Origin: Heterodontus francisci
Lineage: Eukaryota
Direction: 5' to 3'
Assembly (NCBI RefSeq): GCF_036365525.1
Contig: NC_090373.1
Location: 66,284,441-66,348,440, forward strand
Length of the DNA stretch: 64,000 bases
The notes under the pieces were generated by a model. The model was not told where the DNA came from. It saw only the letters and a list, made by a program, of their open reading frames with translations, and did not search any database. The translations under genes and the position numbers were made by a program. This document shows positions 61,760 to 64,000 of this stretch, piece after piece. How positions within the stretch are numbered: the first letter of the stretch is position 1; the number at the start of each line of letters is the position of its first letter.

Positions 61760-62324
61760 CTTCTTTGCACAGGCTGATAGGCATTGGAAAAGGTTAGAGT
61801 TGTAAATGGTTTCAGGCAAGTTCAGAGGCAGAATAAGGAGGACGGGAGGAAAAAAAGGATCTGTAATAGGGTGACAGGCAGGAGTGATTAAATAACAAAA
61901 TCGATGATAGTGCAAGGCAAAAGGAGATGATAATGGGACAAATAAAGAATCAAAAGATTGGTTTAGAGAAGCTATAAATTGCAATAGCAGATTCATTACC
62001 AACAGCTGCTGTCTGAAAAAATGGGAGCAGTGGTTATGATCTGAAATTATTGAACTCAGTGTTGAGTCTGGAAGGCTGTAAAGCGCCTAATCAAAAGATG
62101 GGGTGCTGTTCATCGAGTTTCCATTGTGCTTTATTAGAACAGTGTAGGAGGCCAAGGACAGAGAGATCAGAATGGGAGTGGGGAGGGAAATTAAAATAAG
62201 AGGTGACTGGAAGCTCAGAGACACGCCTGCAGACTGAACAGAGGTGATCTGCAAAGCAGTCACCCAATCTGTCTTTGGTCTCCCCATTGTAGTAGAGACC
62301 ACATCATGAGCAGCGAACACAGTA
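61760..62324 (-). mobile_element. Penelope-like element 3' fragment (GIY-YIG endonuclease pseudogene and 3' UTR)
   Basis: Manual translation from 62324 on the minus strand: YCVRCS*CGLYYNGETKDRLGDCFADHL...LNTEFNNFRS*, a CxxC-YIGET-type GIY-YIG domain. Confidence 0.82.
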
Positions 62325-64000
62325 TTTTTTAAAAATTCATTCATGGGATGTGGGCGTCGCTGGCCAGTCCAGCATTTATTGCCCATCCCTAATTGCCCTT
62401 GAGAAGGTGGTGGTGAGCTGCCTTCTTGAACTGCTGCAGTCCATGGGAGGTAGGTACATCCACTGTGCTGTTAGGAAGGGAGTTCCAAGATTTTGACCCA
62501 GCGACAGTGAAGGAACGGTGACATAGTTCCAAGTCAGGATGGTGCATGACGTGGAGGGGAACTTGCAGATGGTGGTGTTCCCATGTATTTGCTGCTCTTG
62601 TCCTTCTAGTTGGTAGAGGCCACGGGTTTGGAAGGTGCTGTCTAAGGAGCCTTGGGGCGTTGCTGCAGTGCATCTTGTAGATGGTACACACTGCTGCCAC
62701 TGTGCGTCGGTGGTGGAGGGAGTGAATGTTTGTGGATGGGGTGCCAATCAAGCGGGCTGCTTTGTCCTGGATGGTGTTTAGCTTCCTGAGTGTTGTTGGA
62801 GCTGCACCCGTCCAGGCAAGTGGAGAGTATGCCATCACACTCATGACTTGTGCCTTGTAGATGGTGGACTGGCTTTGGGGAGTCAGGAGGTGAGTTACTC
62901 ACCTCAGGATTCCTAGCCTCTGACCTGCTCTTGTAGTCACGGTATTTATATGGCTACTCCAGTTCAGTTTCTGGTCAATGGTAGCCCCGAGCATGTTTAT
63001 AGTGGGGGATTCAGTGATGGTAATGCCATTGAATGTCAAGGGGAGATGGTAAGATTCTCTCTTGTTGGAGATGGTCATTGCCTGGCACTTGTGTGGCATG
63101 AATGTTACTTGCCACTTTTCAGCCCAAGCCTGGATATTGTCCAGGTGTTGCTGCATTTCTACGCGGACTGCTTCAGCAACTGAGGTGTTGCGAATGGTGC
63201 TGAATATTGTGCAATCATCAGCGAACATCCCCACTTCTGACCTTATGATTGAAGGAAGGTCATTGATGAAGCATCTGAAGATGGTTGGGCCTAGGACACT
63301 ACCCTGAGGAACTCCTGCAGTGATGTCCTGGAGCTGAGATAATTGACCTCCAACGACCACAACCATCTTCCTTTGTGCTAGGTATGACTCCAACCAGCGG
63401 AGAGTTTTCCCCCTGATTCCCATTGACTTCAGTTTTGCTTGGGCTCCTGGATGCCATACTCGGTCAAATGCTGCCTCGATATCAAGGGCAGTCACTCTCA
63501 CCTCACCTCTTGATTTCAGCTCTTTTGTCCATGTTTGAGCCAAGGCTGTAATGAGGTCAGGAGCTGAATGGCCCTGGCGGAACCCAAACTGAGTGTCACT
63601 GAGCGGGTTATTGCTAAGCAAGTGCCGTTTGATGGCACTGTTGATGACACCTTCCATCACTTTACTGATGATTGAGAGTAGGCTGATAGGACGGTAATTG
63701 GCCGTGTTGGACATGTCCTGCTTTTTGTGTACAGGACATACCTGGGCAATTTTCCACATTGCAGGGTAGATGCCAGTGTTGTAGCTGTACTGGAACAGCT
63801 TGGCTACGGGTGCGGCAAGTACTGGAGCACAGGTCTTCAGTAGCATTGCCGGAATATTGTCAGGTCCCATAGCCTTTGCAGAATCCAGTGTCTTCAGTCG
63901 TTTCTTGATATCATGCGGAGTGAATCGAATTGGCTGAAGTCTGGCATCTGTAATGCTGGGGACTTCAGGAGGAGGTTGAGATGGATCATCCACTCGGCAC
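62325..64000 (-). mobile_element. Zenon-like CR1-group LINE (RT, C-terminus and 3' tail), continues beyond the window
   Basis: ORF 62899-63993 KAMGPDNIP, NYRPISLLS, ALDIEAAFDRVWH, GVPQGSVLGP, FADD; A-rich tail at 62325-62335. The sub-clade label is tentative. Confidence 0.9.

Noticed and set aside
1-64000. CRISPR array, retron or other prokaryotic RT system, or an endogenous virus
   Set aside because: No regularly spaced repeats, operon structure or env/viral genes; all RTs carry eukaryotic LINE or Gypsy signatures.

Overview
Eukaryotic genomic DNA, most likely a shark or other elasmobranch (HE1/V-SINE with CR1 tail, DeuSINE-type SINEs, abundant CR1/L2/Zenon-like LINEs). I cannot support any host protein-coding exon. 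Every recognisable ORF is transposon-derived, so the window looks intronic or intergenic. Main contents: (i) an 11.7-kb Mag-type Ty3/Gypsy provirus (8670-20355) inside an L2 tail, carrying at least seven nested insertions, among them a young CR1 with an uninterrupted RT ORF and a tRNA-Pro-primed Gmr1-like element; (ii) six LTRs of that Pro-primed family plus one other solo LTR; (iii) two L1/Tx1 copies with 16-17 bp TSDs; (iv) two RTE copies; (v) several Harbinger-like MITEs with 3-bp TSDs; (vi) short Penelope-derived elements carrying minimal hammerhead ribozyme motifs, plus a Penelope GIY-YIG remnant; (vii) a SINE that shares its body with the 5' leader, and its tail with the 3' end, of a Zenon-like LINE. 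Repeat-poor islands hold CTCF-like and RFX X-box-like motifs and one weak micro-exon candidate. The best leads for something new are the hammerhead-bearing mini-elements and the SINE-body-led LINE. I see no convincing new gene system. Family names come from recalled consensus motifs, not database searches, and boundaries of degraded copies are approximate.
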